Under the pieces are notes generated by a model that was not told the DNA's origin, did not search any database, and saw nothing but the letters and a program-made list of their open reading frames with translations. From an uncultured delta proteobacterium (GTDB lineage Bacteria > Desulfobacterota > WTBG01 > CAIYCZ01 > CAIRTM01), in the NCBI GenBank assembly GCA_963804955.1, contig CAWDSQ010000007.1, forward strand, positions 496,183-560,182: 64,000 nucleotides of DNA, in the 5' to 3' direction. The translations under genes were made by a program, and so were the position numbers. Below, one piece after another: positions 41,882 through 53,326 of the stretch; the first letter of the stretch is position 1, and every line of letters begins with the position of its first letter.

Positions 41882-42304
41882 ATGAATGCACCGCTGCTAA
41901 AAAGGAACCGGCTGTGGTATGCCGTGGCCATACTTGTTGTCATCCTTGCCGGACTGGCCTCAAGGCGCTATCCATGGCTCTTGCCTGAGTTCATGGGCAA
42001 ATACCCCGGCGATGCTCTGTGGGCATTGATGGTTTTTCTAAGCTGGGGCATTGTCTTCCCCGGCATCTCAACCCGAAGGATTGCCATGTATGCCCTGGCA
42101 ACAAGCTTTGTTGATGAGTTCAGCCAGCTCTACCAGGCTCCCTGGATAGACAGTTACCGAAGCACGTTTCTGGGGCACATCATTCTGGGCAGCGGGTTCA
42201 TGTGGTTTGACTTTGCGGCATACGCAATCGGCATCCTTCTTGGCGTGCTTGGTGAGAGCGTGCTGAGTTCAGGCATCCTCGACCGCCGTATCTCCAGCGA
42301 TTAG
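41882..42304 (+). CDS. DUF2809 family membrane protein
   Basis: GLASRR, YPGDALWA, EFSQLYQAPWID..R.T.LG and GSGF.W.D motifs. Confidence 0.85.
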   Translation: MNAPLLKRNRLWYAVAILVVILAGLASRRYPWLLPEFMGKYPGDALWALMVFLSWGIVFPGISTRRIAMYALATSFVDEFSQLYQAPWIDSYRSTFLGHIILGSGFMWFDFAAYAIGILLGVLGESVLSSGILDRRISSD

Positions 42305-42384
42305 AGCATTTTTCTCCTTGCTCTAGCTCCAACAACAGAGCACACAAAAAGCCCGACAGCTCCTCTTTCTCGTCATGCCGGCGT

Positions 42385-42520
42385 ATTAGTTAAATTAGTT
42401 TCATTGGTTTCATTGGTTTGATTCATTAAAAAAGCAGCCAATAAAACAAACTAATTAATCTAACTAATACAACCTTTTTTCAACCAATCCAACCAATTGA
42501 ACCAACCGAACCAATCAACC
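42385..42520 (-). repeat. AT-rich nonamer-array element, copy 2 (inverted)
   Basis: Contains AAAAAAGCAGCCAATAAAAC..CTAATTAATCTAACTAATACAACCTTTTTTCAACCAAT, the reverse complement of the copy 1 core. Confidence 0.85.
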
Positions 42521-42526
42521 CGCCTC

Positions 42527-43837
42527 TCACCCCCACTGCTTCCGGTTATCAACCACCCGCACAGCCTTGCCTTCGCTCTGGGGCAGCGTGCCTGGCTCCA
42601 CGAGCTCGACCTCGGGCGTTACCAGAAGCTCGGAGCGCAGATTTTCAGTAATGGTCTTGCGCAGCACCTGCAGCTCCTTCAGATCGCCGTGAAACATCTC
42701 GGCCTGCACCTCAACCTTGACGATCATATGGTCGTTAAAATCCTTGTGGTCCAGCTGAATCAGGTAATTGGAGCCCACCTGGGGTAGGGCCATAAGCGTT
42801 TTCTCGATCTGCACCGGATACATGTTGACGCCCTTGACGATCAGCATATCATCCGTGCGGCCCTTGATGCGCGTCAGCCTGCGGTGCGTGCGGCCGCAGG
42901 GGCATGGTTCGGTTATAACGGCGGCAATGTCCTTTGAGCGGTAGCGCAGCAGGGGCATGCCCTCGCGCTTGAGCGTTGTGAAAACAATTTCGCCATCCTC
43001 GCCCTCTTCCACCGGCTCGAGAGTTACGGGGTTTATAATCTCGATCAGGAAGTTATCTTCCCAGACATGCATGCCGTGCTTGTGCGTGCACTCGAAGGCC
43101 ACGCCTGGCCCGTTCATCTCCGAAAGCCCGTAGGAGTTGAAGGCCTGCACGCCAAGGGCCGCCTCAACCCGCAGCCGCGTTTCATCGGAGTGCGGCTCTG
43201 CGCCCAGATAGGCTATGCGCAGCTTGAATTCGCGCTTCGGGTCGATGCCTGCCTCCTGCAGCGATTTGATGAAATGCAGCGCATAGCTCGGGATTATATG
43301 AATGACGCTGGTCTCGAATTCGCGCATGAGCATGATCTGCCGCTTGGTATTGCCGGCTCCCACGGGAATGACCATGGCCCCGAGCTGCTCGGCGCCGTAG
43401 TGAAACCCGAGGCCGCCGGTGAACAGGCCGTAGCCGGTCATGTTCTGGAACACGTCGCTTTCCCGCACGCCGGTCATGTACATGCAGCGGGCGATGAGGC
43501 CCGACCATTCGCGGATGTCCTGCATGGTGTGAAAAATGACGGTCGGCTTGCCCGTGCTGCCGGAGGAGGAATGCATGCGCACGATTTTATCGCGCGGCAC
43601 GGCCAGGAAGCCGTAGGGGTACTGGTCGCGCAGGTCATCTTTGGTGATAAAAGGAATGCGCCGAAGATCGTCGAGGCTTTTGATGCTAGCCGGCGCGATG
43701 CGCTCTTTTTTGAAAAGCTCCGCATAATAGGGCGCCTGCTGCGCCCGTTGGACCGTTGCCTGCAGCAGGCTCAGCTGCAGCTTTTCAAGAGAGCTCCTGT
43801 CCATAGTCTCGGTATGGGTGTCCCAGCACATGCTCAT
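42527..43837 (-). CDS. paaK: Phenylacetate-CoA ligase
   Basis: HSSSGSTGKP, YGLFTGGLGFHYGAE, YGLSEMNGPGV, GRTDDMLIVKGVN and EGKAVRV motifs. Confidence 0.93.
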   Translation of the reverse strand: MSMCWDTHTETMDRSSLEKLQLSLLQATVQRAQQAPYYAELFKKERIAPASIKSLDDLRRIPFITKDDLRDQYPYGFLAVPRDKIVRMHSSSGSTGKPTVIFHTMQDIREWSGLIARCMYMTGVRESDVFQNMTGYGLFTGGLGFHYGAEQLGAMVIPVGAGNTKRQIMLMREFETSVIHIIPSYALHFIKSLQEAGIDPKREFKLRIAYLGAEPHSDETRLRVEAALGVQAFNSYGLSEMNGPGVAFECTHKHGMHVWEDNFLIEIINPVTLEPVEEGEDGEIVFTTLKREGMPLLRYRSKDIAAVITEPCPCGRTHRRLTRIKGRTDDMLIVKGVNMYPVQIEKTLMALPQVGSNYLIQLDHKDFNDHMIVKVEVQAEMFHGDLKELQVLRKTITENLRSELLVTPEVELVEPGTLPQSEGKAVRVVDNRKQWG

Positions 43838-43958
43838 ATCCTCACGGTAGATAGTTAAAAAGGTTAACAATAAAACAGCTTAATGGAAAAGTATAAAGGG
43901 CGGATGCAGGGGGTGTCAATACAAATATCCCGCCAGGCTCATGTCAGCATGCGGAGTA

Positions 43959-45435
43959 TTAAGGGGGCCAATCCGAAAATGTGCAAAAACCCAGGTCCGA
44001 CAGGGGCTTGCGGCTGAGCACCCAAAGATTGGTATTGACAAGCCTGCAGGCATTGTCAAGCCCTGCACGCGCGGCAATATCTTTTTTTCGGGTATCAGCC
44101 CAGGTGCGGGGCTGAAAGACCATCGTATCAACGGCGTCTATGTCGGAGGCTGCAAAATCCAAGAAGTATTTCCACTGGCTTCCCGTAACAGCACCGGGCC
44201 TCAGAGACGCAACAGCATCGTCTACAATAAATCTACCAAGATGTCCGCCGCTGGTGAATACCCTGTCAAGGGCAGCCTCCGTGGGAGCGCACCTGCCGAT
44301 ATACTGAAAAAGGAAACTACGCCAGGGTGCAGAGTCATGATTGCCGCTGCTGAGTGGAAAAAGACCCAGTGAAAGAACGATAGCAACTATCTGCAGCAGA
44401 ATATAGGCAGCGCAGCCCGAGCCGGTTATCTTTTGCCTGAGCGCCTGCGCAATTGCAGGCCATAGAAGCGGAATAACCGCTGGAAAGGCATAATAATCTG
44501 TCAAAGTGCCCGCTTCGTGCGCAACCGCAGTGAGAGAAACCGCAAGCCAGGGAAGACACGACACCGGACCTGCCGACAGGAGCATATCACGCCTGCAAGC
44601 GGCAATCAGGACAATGACAGCCAGTGGCGCCACGACATACAGCCGGTTAACTGCTAAAAAACGCAGGCGCGTAAAAATGAATTCTGCGCCAAGATGGGAA
44701 AAAGCCGGATTGCTCAGATAAATACGCTCCAGAGCATTATCACCGGCAGCAAAAAAAAGCTTCTGCACTGTCAAGGCACAGACTGAATAGACAAAGCAGG
44801 CCCCGGCTGCTGAAAAAAAACTCCCGTGCATGCTTCGGCATTGCCTGACAATACCGCAGGGAGCATCCGAGCAGAACAAATAAACAAAAATAATGCAGGC
44901 CTGCATCCTCCCGCATCATAAGCCCGCAGGTAAGAGCCGCATAGGCTGCCACACCCCACCCTCGCACATGAAGAGCAAAAAAAAGCAGCAGTAACGCGGG
45001 AATGCCAATTTCAAAATGAGGGAACCCGACTATGGACAAAGATATGCCATTCAAGGCAGCAACCACGGCAAGGAATCCTATGGCAAGGCCTGTAACCCGT
45101 CGCGCAGCCGTGCTGTACAGCAAACAAACGGAAAGCCCGATAAGGCCAAACCAGAAGCCCTGGGTGATGCTGAAAAACATGCTGCTCGTGAGAAAGGGCA
45201 TGAGTGAATAAATGCCCGTTAAGAGATAAAAAATCGGGGAAAAATGCGTAGAGAAATACGTGCCGCCGATAGCAGGCGGATTTGCCGGGGGACACATAAC
45301 GCTATGAGTAGACAGGTACGCAAACCAGCCGCTGTCCATCATATACCCGCCATGCACATAGAAATGATTCAGGGTATAATTGGCAGTCAGCAATGCCGGC
45401 ACAGCAAAGCACAGTACTGCAACCACAGCCGTCAT
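43959..45435 (-). CDS. Polytopic membrane protein (possibly GT-C glycosyltransferase-like), frameshift near 44890
   Basis: ORFs 44740-45435 and 43959-44906 are both hydrophobic; YMMDSGWF, THFSPI and FPHFE..REDAG recall DUF2079-like proteins. Confidence 0.55.
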
Positions 45436-45584
45436 ATATCTCCGGGATATCTAAAATTTTTTAAACCGGGTTCAGGCTTCTATCGTATCCCTCCGGAGAG
45501 ACATTCCGGTTTGCTCTGATCGCAAGGCATACTGGCGTCCTGTATGCCGGAATAAAATAACCAAGCATACATATCCACGTATGG

Positions 45585-46874
45585 TCAGCGCGGCGATTGC
45601 CCCAGCACCGCTTCCAGCATATCAACGCTGCGGCGCACAGCGCCGATGTTCTCCTGAATCACGCCGAAAGCGTTCCGCCCGATCTCGCCGCAGGCATCGG
45701 GATTTTCAAAAAGCTGCAAAGCCTGCGCGGTCAATTGCTCCTGGCCGGTAACCTGAATGCCTGCTTTTTTCTGCAAAAGCATGCGTGCTATCTCCCTGAA
45801 ATTGTGCATGTGGCGGCCGAAGATAACGGGCTTGCCGAACACCGCCGGCTCAAGCACATTGTGCCCGCCAACAGGAACAAGACTGCCGCCGATAAAAACA
45901 ACCGTGCCCATGCTGTAGGTTTTGAAAAGCTCGCCGATCGTATCAAGCAGTATGACGCTGAGCTCCCGTGCGCGGGGCTCCTGTTTAAGTACCGTTCTGC
46001 GGGCATAGAGTAAGCCTGATTGCCGCAGCAGGCCGTCAACCTCATCGAAGCGCTCCGGATGGCGCGGCGCCAGAATAAGCGCGGCCTGCGGAAAGCGGCG
46101 CCGAATGGCTGAAAAAACCGCTATGATAATTTCCTCTTCGCCCTTATGCGTGCTGCCGGCAATAAAGACCTGCTGCTCAGGGTCAAAGCCGAAATCGCTG
46201 CGCAGCCGCTCCTGCTCCTGAAGCGTTATGGGCGGCACCTGCAAATCGAATTTGATATTGCCGCCCACCAGCACGCGCTCCTGCGGCGCGCCGATATCAA
46301 TAATGCGCTGGGCATCTTCCGCCGTCTGCATGCACAGCCGGCTGACCTGCGTCAGCACCCGCTTAAAGAAAAAGCTGAACAGCTTGTAATTCCTGAATGA
46401 CCGCTCGGAGATCCTGCCGCTGATCATCAGCACCGGTATGGACCGGCGTGACAGTTCGCGCAAAAAATTCGGCCAGATTTCGGTTTCAAGCATGATAAAC
46501 ACCCGGGGGTTGACAGCTCTCACCACCCGGCTCACGATGAAAGGATAATCAAATGGAAAATAGATAATGCGGTCGGCCTGCTTCAAGTTGCGGTGAGCGG
46601 TCTGATTGCCGGTTTCGGTAATGGTTGATACAACAAGCGGCACATCGGGGAAACGCTGCTTAATTTCCTTGATAAGCGGCACGGCTGCCATCACCTCGCC
46701 TACCGATACGGCATGCACCCAGATGGGCCGCCCGGAGCCGGCCCGGGGCTTGAGCAAGCCGCACTTTTCCAGAAAGCCTGCACGGTATTTTTTGCGCGAA
46801 AGAAGCGCGGCGCAGGCAAGCGGCGCGCATACAACGGAAAGAATGGCAAGGATGCTGTTGTAGATCGTATACAT
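45585..46874 (-). CDS. waaA: Kdo transferase
   Basis: IWVHAVSVGE, ETEIWPN, AGSTH.GEE, APRHPERF and GGHNVLEP motifs. Confidence 0.95.
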   Translation of the reverse strand: MYTIYNSILAILSVVCAPLACAALLSRKKYRAGFLEKCGLLKPRAGSGRPIWVHAVSVGEVMAAVPLIKEIKQRFPDVPLVVSTITETGNQTAHRNLKQADRIIYFPFDYPFIVSRVVRAVNPRVFIMLETEIWPNFLRELSRRSIPVLMISGRISERSFRNYKLFSFFFKRVLTQVSRLCMQTAEDAQRIIDIGAPQERVLVGGNIKFDLQVPPITLQEQERLRSDFGFDPEQQVFIAGSTHKGEEEIIIAVFSAIRRRFPQAALILAPRHPERFDEVDGLLRQSGLLYARRTVLKQEPRARELSVILLDTIGELFKTYSMGTVVFIGGSLVPVGGHNVLEPAVFGKPVIFGRHMHNFREIARMLLQKKAGIQVTGQEQLTAQALQLFENPDACGEIGRNAFGVIQENIGAVRRSVDMLEAVLGQSPR

Positions 46875-46885
46875 GGTGCAGTCTG

Positions 46886-48671
46886 TCAGGCGCTTGCCTG
46901 TTGGTTATCCTGCAGATACACGGAATAGAGCTTGGTGTATTCTCCGCCGCGCTGCAGCAAATCGTCATGCCTGCCTTCTTCAACAATTCTGCCCGCAGCC
47001 AGCACGATGATGCGGTCGGCATTGCGGATGGTTGAAAGGCGGTGCGAAATGATAAAGGTCGTTCGCGATTTAATCAGCAGTTCAAGTGAATGCTGAATTT
47101 CTTTTTCCAGCTGGCTGTCAAGAGATGAGGTTGCCTCATCAAGAATCAGAATAGGGGCATTTTTCAGTATGGCCCGTGCTATTGCCAGACGCTGCCGCTG
47201 CCCGCCGGAAAGCTTCATGCCCCGCTCGCCGATGACGGCATCATAGCCCTCGGGAATTTCCCGTATAAACTCATCGGCAAACGCTGCCTGCGCAGCCCGT
47301 ATGACATCCTCGCGGCTGCGGCTTGTGTCGCCATAGACGATATTATTATAAATTGTGTCATTAAAGAGATCGGGGTTCTGGCTCACCAGCGATATCTGCG
47401 AGCGAAGCGACTGAAAGGTAACATCGCGCACATCATTTCCGTCAATCCGCACAGCGCCCTGCGTCACATCATAAAAACGCGGCACGAGATTGACAAGCGT
47501 TGTTTTTCCGCAGCCGGTCATCCCGACCAGAGCAACAACCTCACCGGGCCTGACATGCAGATTGATGTCATGCAGCACCAGATGCTCTCCGCCATAGGAA
47601 AACGACACGCCGTCAAAACGGACCTCGCCACGCGCCGCCGGCAGCACCAGGGCGTTTGCCTTCTCCACAAGCTCAGGCCTGGTATCAAGCACGTCAAATA
47701 CGCGCTTGGCGCCTGCCAGGCCTTCCTGGATATCCTGAACGGCAGTGCTGATATTTCGCGCCGGGCCGTACAGCAGGAGCAGCGCCGTGGTGAAGGAAAA
47801 AAACGTGCCTGCGGTTGCCGTGCCCTTAATGACATTATAGCCGCCGTAGAGGATGACCGCCGCGCCCGCGCACCCGCCGATAAACTCCATGAGCGGCCCG
47901 GAAAGCGAACGTATGACCATGCGTTTGAGCCTAATCTGCATAAGGCGCCGGTTCTCCTGCGCGAACCGGGCGCATTCATATTCCTCCATGCAGAAGGCCT
48001 TCACGATCCGGCAGCCTGAGATGGCCTCGTGTATAAAGGTGGCAATGACACCGACCTTCTCCTGGCCTTTTGTCGTAAACTTGCGGCTTTTGCGGCCAAA
48101 GCGGATAATCGGCAGCACCATCCACGGCAGGATGAGAAAAGAAACGCAGGCAAGTTTCGGGTCCTGTTTGAAAAGAACTGCCATAAGGCCGATGGCCGTC
48201 ACTACTTCTTTGAATATGTCGACGCAGCCCTCATTGAGGGCCCCCGATAAAACGGTCACATCATTGGTGACGCGGGTGATGATGGCGCCGGTCTGGTTTT
48301 TCTGAAAGTAGGAAAGCGACAGAGTCTGCAGGTGTTTATACAAAGCGTTACGAATGTCATTGGTAATATACTGGCCGATCGAGCCCAGAAAATAATTAAA
48401 CCCGTACTCGAAAGATCCCCTGATCGCATACAGCGCAAGAATGCAGATCGGCACAAGGATCAGCATCTGGAGATCTTTTTTCAAGGAATATATCATCAAG
48501 GGCCGGTTTCACCAGATAGGCTATGCCGCCCGCGCACAGCGAAACAGGCACGCTGCAGGCAACCGCCAGAAAAAATTTTTTCCAGTACGGACGCACAAAC
48601 GGATACAGGCGCTTATAGAGATACAGGGTGTCTTTCCAGACCACCTGTGATTTTTTCTTTTTTTTGCTCAT
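46886..48671 (-). CDS. msbA: Lipid A exporter MsbA-like ABC transporter, frameshift near 48480
   Basis: TM domain plus GMTGCGKT, LSGGQRQR and LDEATSSLD; the N-terminus is in ORF 48396-48719; lpx gene context. Confidence 0.9.
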
Positions 48672-48715
48672 ACAGTAATCCAATTCAGGGATTGAGGGAT
48701 TGAAAAACAAATTCC

Positions 48716-49865
48716 TCAATTTCCCAATTTTTCAACAATTATTTCCGCCACACGCTGCGAGCCGCCGGGCTGACCGAGAGCGGCACGTATGCCGGAAAGC
48801 CCCTCTCGCATGGTTGCCATGCGCCCGGGATCCGAGAGTATGGCGCAGGCCTCGGCGGCAATGCGCGGGGGGCTTGCATCATGCTGTATCAGCTCGGGCA
48901 CCACCTGGCTGCCTGCAACGATATTTGCCAGCCCTATCCAGGGCACGCGAATCATGATGCGGCCGACCAGATAGGTCACTGGCGAAACCTTATAAATAAT
49001 GATCATCGGTTTGCCCATGAGAGCCGTCTGCAGCGTTGCCGTGCCTGAGGCCACCAGCACCAGATCGCAGACATCAAGAACCTTATAAAAGCTGCCCTCC
49101 ACTACCGTGGCAGTGAGATTCCGCTGCTGCACCATGGCCTGCACATGGTCGCGGCTGATGCCCTGGGCAACAGGAATGACAAACCCCGCATCGGGAAAAT
49201 TCTGTTTCACAAGCACAGCGGCGTCGAGCATGGGCTCAAGCAGCCGGTCGATTTCACCGGGGCGGCTGCCGGGCAGCAGCCCGATAACAGGCCGTGCGCT
49301 GCTCAGGCCGAAATGCCTGATAGACTCCTGCCTGTCGCCGACCTGCATCTCATGATCAAGCAGCGGATGTCCGACAAAGCGCGCATCGAGCCCCACCTTC
49401 TCATAAAACTGCACCTCGAACGGGAATATGACCGCCATGGTATCGACAAGCCGCGCGATTTTTTTAGCCCTGCCCTGCCGCCATGCCCAGATCTGCGGGC
49501 TGATATAATAGAGCACCGGAACATTGTTCTTTTTTGCAATGGCCGCAATGCGCAGATTAAAATCGGGATAATCAATCAGCACAAGCAGATCCGGCTTGTC
49601 CGGCCCGGACAGGCGCTGCTTCAGAAGCCGGTAGGCAGCCAGAATATTGCCCGCCCGCGGAAGAATTTCCAGAAGCCCGACCACGGACAAATCCCGCACA
49701 TGATAGAGCAGCTCCATGCCGGCAGCGGCAAGTTCCTGCCCGCCGATGCCGGTCACCTGAACATCAGGCTTCATCATGCGCAGAGCCTTCACGACCAGTG
49801 CGCCATGATGGTCTCCCGATGCCTCTCCGGTGACAAGCAGTATTTTTTTAGCGTTGTCGGTACAT
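48716..49865 (-). CDS. lpxB: Lipid-A-disaccharide synthase
   Basis: VTGEASGD upstream in frame, plus IDYPDFN, SPQIWAWR, LLPGSR and SGTATL. The start codon appears shifted by one base. Confidence 0.93.
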
Positions 49866-49897
49866 TCGTGAATCCGTCCTGCTGTGCTTATGGAATG

Positions 49898-49923
49898 AAA
49901 AACCTCCCCCGCAGGGGGAGGTT
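49898..49923 (-). terminator. Intra-operon hairpin/terminator
   Basis: Perfect AACCTCCCCC-GCA-GGGGGAGGTT stem followed by Ts on the minus strand. Confidence 0.55.
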
Positions 49924-49948
49924 GTCGGCCGTGGTATGCGTAAGCGCT

Positions 49949-50914
49949 TCAGCGCATCTGCGGCAGAGCCTGTTTTCTGGCCTCAACCTGGTGCACAATT
50001 TCAAGGGCGATCTTGAGCGCGTCGCGGCCTGCTTCGCCGGACACCACGGGGGCGCAACGGGTCTGAACGGCATTAATAAAAGAGCTGATCTCATCCTTCA
50101 GGGAATCGGCCTGCTTGATGTCAATGTCGTCGTACATGATCTGAGGAGTGTCATACTGTTCACCCAGCTCCATTTTGCGGTAGACTTCAATGTCCTGTGC
50201 GGCGTAGTCGATGGAGATATAGGCGTCCTGCTGGAATATCCTGATCTTGCGCATCTCTTTCACCGATATTCTGCTTGCCGTGACATTTGCGATACAGCCC
50301 GTTGCGAACTCGAGGCGCACATTGGCTATGTCGTTGGTCTGGGTTGAAACGACCGGAACGCCCACCGCATGAATGGCGGTGACCGGAGCGCCGACAAGGT
50401 TCAGAATGATATCGATGTCGTGAATCATAATATCAAGAATCACGTCCACCTCGATGCCGCGGTCCTTGAACGGCGCCAGGCGGTGCGACTCGATAAACAT
50501 GGGCTTATTAAGAATGCCGTTGAGGGCGACTATTGCGCCGTTGAACCGCTCGAGATGCCCCACCTGCAGGATGCGGTTCTTGTCTTTTGCCGCTGCGACA
50601 AGCTCGTCGGCTTCTTCCAGGGTGACGGTGATCGGCTTCTCCACCAGCACATCAACGCCGGCGAGCAAAAAATCCCTGGCTATGGCATGATGCAGGTTTG
50701 TGGGCACCACGATGCTTACGGCATCCACTTTGCCGATCAGTTCGCGGTAATCGCTATAGGCTGCCGCATTATGTTTCGCCGCGATCTCGCGGGCCCGATC
50801 AATATCGGCATCCACCACAGCGACAAGCTCCGCCCCGGCAAGACCGGCATACTTTTCAGCATGAAATTTCCCCAGATACCCGACACCGACAACAGCAGCA
50901 CGAACCGGCTTCAT
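49949..50914 (-). CDS. gnnA: Gfo/Idh/MocA oxidoreductase, GnnA-like (UDP-GlcNAc 3-dehydrogenase)
   Basis: [24 protein letters not shown] and DIMIHDID motifs; located between lpxA and lpxB. Confidence 0.75.
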   Translation of the reverse strand: MKPVRAAVVGVGYLGKFHAEKYAGLAGAELVAVVDADIDRAREIAAKHNAAAYSDYRELIGKVDAVSIVVPTNLHHAIARDFLLAGVDVLVEKPITVTLEEADELVAAAKDKNRILQVGHLERFNGAIVALNGILNKPMFIESHRLAPFKDRGIEVDVILDIMIHDIDIILNLVGAPVTAIHAVGVPVVSTQTNDIANVRLEFATGCIANVTASRISVKEMRKIRIFQQDAYISIDYAAQDIEVYRKMELGEQYDTPQIMYDDIDIKQADSLKDEISSFINAVQTRCAPVVSGEAGRDALKIALEIVHQVEARKQALPQMR

Positions 50915-51686
50915 TTCCTCAGCACCCCCCGCTCCGAATTCAGAATAAAATTGCTCAGGTACTGCACCTCGGCCGACTGAAGGCCTTCCTCCTCTATCGT
51001 TTGAATGGCCCGCTTCACCGTCAGTCCCGAGCGGAAAAAAATACGATAGGCGGCCTTCAGCTCGGAAATTACTTCGGGAGAAAAACCGTGGCGCTTGAGA
51101 CCGACGATATTGAGGCCGCTCAGCTTCGTGCGCTCGCCGGCGGCGAGCATATACGGCGGCACATCCTGCGGCACGCCCGAAACCCCGCCAACCATGGCAT
51201 AGGCGCCGATACGCACGAACTGCTGCATGCCCGACAAGACCGCCGATGATGGCATGATCTTCTATGATGATATGCCCGGCAAGGGTTGCGCAGTTGGACA
51301 TAATGATGTTATTGGCAAGCCGGCAGTCATGGGCGACATGGCAGTACGCCATGATAAGATTGTTGTTGCCGATGCTGGTGATGCCGCCGCCGCCTTCAGT
51401 GCCGCGGTTGACGGTCACGAATTCGCGGATCGTATTGTTGTCGCCGATGGTGAGCAGGGTGCGCTCGCCGTGATATTTCAGATCCTGCGGGTCTTCGCCG
51501 ATTGAGGAAAACTGGTAAATCCGGCAACCCTGGCCGATGGTGGTCGGGCCTTTCATGACCACATGAGGTCCGATGACCGTGCCCTGTGCCGATTGTGACC
51601 TCATCGCCGATAATGCTGTAGGGACCGATCTCAACGCCTGCGCCGAGCTCAGCCTTACTGCTGACAATTGCAGTGCTGTGAATCAT
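50911..51686 (-). CDS. lpxA: UDP-GlcNAc acyltransferase, frameshifted
   Basis: [30 protein letters not shown] and [12 protein letters not shown] spread across three frames. Confidence 0.92.
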
Positions 51687-51720
51687 TGGCTGCCCCTTTC
51701 CCTGAACAGGTTCATATACC

Positions 51721-51817
51721 GAACCCTGCCTTGCAAGCCCCTCTTGTAAGCGGGGATGAAAGGCAGGTATCTCATTAAATCAATTTTAATCTCCTGCATG
51801 CCCCGCCTTGCAGGCGG
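51721..51817 (-). repeat. About 100-bp dispersed intergenic element, copy 2
   Basis: Reverse complement resembles 16775-16879. Confidence 0.7.
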
Positions 51818-51823
51818 CGATCA

Positions 51824-52252
51824 TTACATTGTCGCCATCAGTTCAGCTTCAGCCGCCACTTCATCGCCCACATAGGCCTTGCCGCCGAATTTCCATATCC
51901 CGCGCTTGACCGCAATGGCTTCAAGCTCGAACCGGAGCTGGTCGCCGGGCACCACTGCCCTGCGGAACCGGCAGTTGTCGATGCCGAGAAACCGGATATT
52001 GCTGTTCTTTGAAACATCAATATCGCCGCTGCTCATCAGCAGTATGCCCCAGGTCTGCGCCATCGCCTCAACGATCAGCACGCCGGGCATGATGGGCTCG
52101 CCGGGGAAGTGGCCCTGAAAAAACGGCTCATTGATGGTGACGTTTTTTATCGCCACGATGCGCTTCTGCGGCACGGTCTCAAGCACACGGTCAACCAGCA
52201 GAAACGGGTACCGGTGCGGCAGCAGCCGCATGATTTCCTTAATGTCAAGCAT
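51824..52252 (-). CDS. fabZ: 3-hydroxyacyl-ACP dehydratase
   Basis: LPHRYPFLLVDR and FFQGHFP..PIMPGVLIVEAMAQ motifs. Confidence 0.97.
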   Translation of the reverse strand: MLDIKEIMRLLPHRYPFLLVDRVLETVPQKRIVAIKNVTINEPFFQGHFPGEPIMPGVLIVEAMAQTWGILLMSSGDIDVSKNSNIRFLGIDNCRFRRAVVPGDQLRFELEAIAVKRGIWKFGGKAYVGDEVAAEAELMATM

Positions 52253-52268
52253 GCTCTCTCAAGCTCCC

Positions 52269-53307
52269 TTATTTCTTGTTCAGTTCTTCCTCAAGCTGCG
52301 CTATTCTGCGCTCAAGCTCGGTTATGGTCCTTCGCATTTCAGGCAGCTTCGGAATGCAGCGCATGGCCCTGAGCCACTGGCGGTGCGGCATATGCGGCGC
52401 TCCTGAAACAATCTGGCCCGCGGGACATGCTGCTGAACACGCTGCCGCTGCGCGCCGACTATGACATCATCGCCGATGGTGATATGCCCAACGGTGGCGG
52501 CCTGGCCGGCCATGGTCACCCGATTGCCGATTTTGGTGCTGCCGGAAATGCCCGACCTGCGAAACAATGGCCGAGTCTTCCCCGATCACCACGTTATGGG
52601 CCACCTGCACCAGGTTATCGATCTTGGTGCCGCGCTGTATCCATGTTTTCCCCGTGGCTGCACGGTCGATGGTTACATTAGCGCCGATCTCTACATCATC
52701 GTCGATCTGCACGATGCCGACCTGCGGGATCTTAAAATACCTGGCTCCGTCTTTGGCGAATCCGAATCCATCGCTGCCGATAACCGCACCGGCATGAATG
52801 ATCACGCGGGAGCCGATAACGCACTGCTCGCGGACGGTCACATTGGCATAGATAAGGGTATCGGCGCCAACCATTCACCTGCTCGCCCAGATGGCAGCCG
52901 GAGTAGATGGTCGTATTGTCGCCGATCCGGCACCCGTCGCCTATACAGGCAAACGGGTAGATGGTTACATTGGCCCCAAGCTCTACGCCGCTGCCCACAT
53001 ATGCCCGGGAGTCAACCGTTCCCGGCTGCTTTTTCGGCGGAAAAATAAACTGCATGACCCTGGCATAGGCAAGATAGGGATTATCGACCTTCAAAAGGTT
53101 TTTGCCCGGAGCGGTGATCGTGGGCGCGCAAATTATTGCCGTGGCGCCCGTCGTTGCGATGAACCGCGCATACTTCGGATTTGCCACGAAGGCCAGATCA
53201 CCCTGCCCGGCCTTTTCAATGCCCGCAAGGTTTCCGACAACCGCATCAGGGTCGCCTTCAAGCACAGCACCGATCAGCTGCGCCACATCTTTGAGCCGAG
53301 CTTCCAT
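52269..53307 (-). CDS. lpxD: UDP-3-O-acyl-glucosamine N-acyltransferase, frameshifted
   Basis: [23 protein letters not shown] and [14 protein letters not shown] motifs. Confidence 0.92.
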
Positions 53308-53326
53308 GCAGTTAGCCCCTGTGGTT

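Noticed and set aside
49949..51667. LpxA-GnnA fusion ORF of 572 aa
   Set aside because: The LpxA C-terminus is in another frame (50911-51255) and ends at an ATGA overlap with the oxidoreductase start, so the fusion is an artefact.
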